Below the pieces are notes generated by a model. It was not told the origin of the DNA, made no database searches, and saw nothing but the letters and a program-made list of their open reading frames with translations. A DNA stretch of 64,000 bases, from positions 192,001 to 256,000 of the forward strand of contig CBDCYI010000011.1 of NCBI GenBank assembly GCA_965224085.1. Direction: 5' to 3'. This document shows positions 62,757-64,000 of this stretch, one piece after another. Position numbers and translations under genes: made by a program. Numbering within the stretch: the stretch's first letter is position 1; the number at the start of each line of letters is the position of its first letter. This DNA comes from Candidatus Marinacidobacterales bacterium (GTDB taxonomy: Bacteria; Acidobacteriota; Vicinamibacteria; Marinacidobacterales; SMYC01).

Positions 62757-64000
62757 CTAGGCGGAACTTCCACAGATGAACAAGCGTAAGTGTTGGCATC
62801 ATTAGTCTTGTTTTTTAAGAGAGGCGTGTGTACTGCTTACATCGTGCGGGGATTGATTCCGAGGAGGTTGAATGCTTTGTGCTGCAAGGGTGTAGGGCGA
62901 GTAACGCTGACGAAGGACAGGCCGCGGGCGTCGTTTTCGACTTGATTTTTCGTGACCGTAGCAAGATCAGAAAGAAGCGTTCTGAAACTGTGGACGGGCA
63001 ACCCATCGGGAGACTTCTTGGTAGAAGCCTTTGCCTGGGCGGAGTCTGAAGACGTTGCTGGGCTGACGATGGATGAGCGTTTGGCTTGGGCACCGTCAGT
63101 GTCGTCGTCGTCAAACAAGATCGGGGCGAGGGCTTTTCGCATGTGCCATTCCACGTAGTAGGCGAGCATGCAAAGAAAGATGTGAGCTCGAACTCGCTCA
63201 GCGTTGTAGTGATAGATGGGCCGTACTTTCAAATCCACGGTTTTGCAGCAACGAAAAGCGCGTTCAACGACTGCCAAGCCTTTGTAGGTCTTGACAGCTT
63301 CGTCTGCGGAGATGGCCTCTTCGGTGAGGCTTGTACGAATGATATAGATACCGTCGAGGGTCGCCTCACGCTCGATGTTATCGTTGTCGCGCTCGAAGTC
63401 GAAGCTGTCGTCCGTAATGGTGTAGCGAAAGTGCTTGCCCATCTTGCTCCGAGCGAACACTCGACCCAATCGTATGCCGATGGTATCTTTGCCTCGCAAA
63501 GGACGCTGGTCTCGCTTCGTCGCTTTGCGAATCACTTCTAGCTTCGACTCCGTCGACACAAGCATCTCTTCCCGTTTCCGTGCCCGCTCGGCAGCAAGAA
63601 GAGGGTTGCGACAAGCAATGAGTCGCTCACCAGGAAAGTTAGGATGATGGATCTCCGCTAGGTCGACCTCATCGAACAGAGAAGGCTGTAGCATTCCGTC
63701 TTTTGCAAGTCGCTGAATCTGCGGGGCACGAAGTGAGCTGATCCACTCGAGACCTTCCTCTGGTCGAAGTTCCTCGCGAATCCGAGCTTCGGTGATCATC
63801 CCTCGGTCACCTACGAAGACGATATTGTCAAGCTCAAAACGTTCTCGGACTTTGCGAATTTGGCTCCCCAGTGTTGCGGGATCTCCGGTGTTGCCTTCGA
63901 ACACCTCTACCCCGACCGGCCGACCATTACGCTCACACAGTAAGCCGAACACGATCTGCAGTTTGTTTTTCTTGCCGTCTCTCGAGTAACCGAGCTTCGC
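62757..64000 (-). mobile_element. IS1634-family element, right end and 3' part (runs off window)
   Basis: End CTAGGCGGAACTT; transposase ORF adjacent. Confidence 0.88.
62837..64000 (-). CDS. IS1634-family transposase (5' partial)
   Basis: GYSRDGK, VFEGNTGD, VGDRGM, GERLIACRNP, VERAFR, RPIYH. Confidence 0.93.
   Translation of the reverse strand, partial: AKLGYSRDGKKNKLQIVFGLLCERNGRPVGVEVFEGNTGDPATLGSQIRKVRERFELDNIVFVGDRGMITEARIREELRPEEGLEWISSLRAPQIQRLAKDGMLQPSLFDEVDLAEIHHPNFPGERLIACRNPLLAAERARKREEMLVSTESKLEVIRKATKRDQRPLRGKDTIGIRLGRVFARSKMGKHFRYTITDDSFDFERDNDNIEREATLDGIYIIRTSLTEEAISADEAVKTYKGLAVVERAFRCCKTVDLKVRPIYHYNAERVRAHIFLCMLAYYVEWHMRKALAPILFDDDDTDGAQAKRSSIVSPATSSDSAQAKASTKKSPDGLPVHSFRTLLSDLATVTKNQVENDARGLSFVSVTRPTPLQHKAFNLLGINPRTM

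Overview
GC-rich bacterial DNA; the gene families (many Ser/Thr kinase-TPR proteins, CadC-wHTH/TolB-N/TPR, PD40 hydrolases, DUF3604) suggest Acidobacteriota, possibly Vicinamibacteria-like (inference only). The window opens at the 3' end of an rRNA operon: the tail of a group I intron with a LAGLIDADG homing endonuclease at the E. coli L1951-equivalent site, the last 23S exon and 5S rRNA. Directly after 5S lie a complete antisense group II intron and a truncated IS1595. Intact loci include an AlgI/AlgJ-type O-acylation operon in which two unrelated proteins share a C-terminal domain I cannot name (best candidate for an undescribed system), otsB-GH15-otsA, corA, a Rieske oxygenase, a sulfite oxidase-family enzyme, a hydantoinase, PHP-like metallohydrolases and a Ca-binding HEXXH lipoprotein. 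A complete 2000-bp IS1634 splits a GT2 gene with a GCTAGC duplication, and a second IS1634 runs off the right edge. The dominant window-wide signal is gene erosion: more than 20 remnants, internal deletions, chimeric ORFs, nonsense codons and slippage frameshifts. This is either real genome decay or an amplification/assembly artefact. No tRNA or CRISPR array was seen. All family assignments come from motif recognition by eye; no searches were run.
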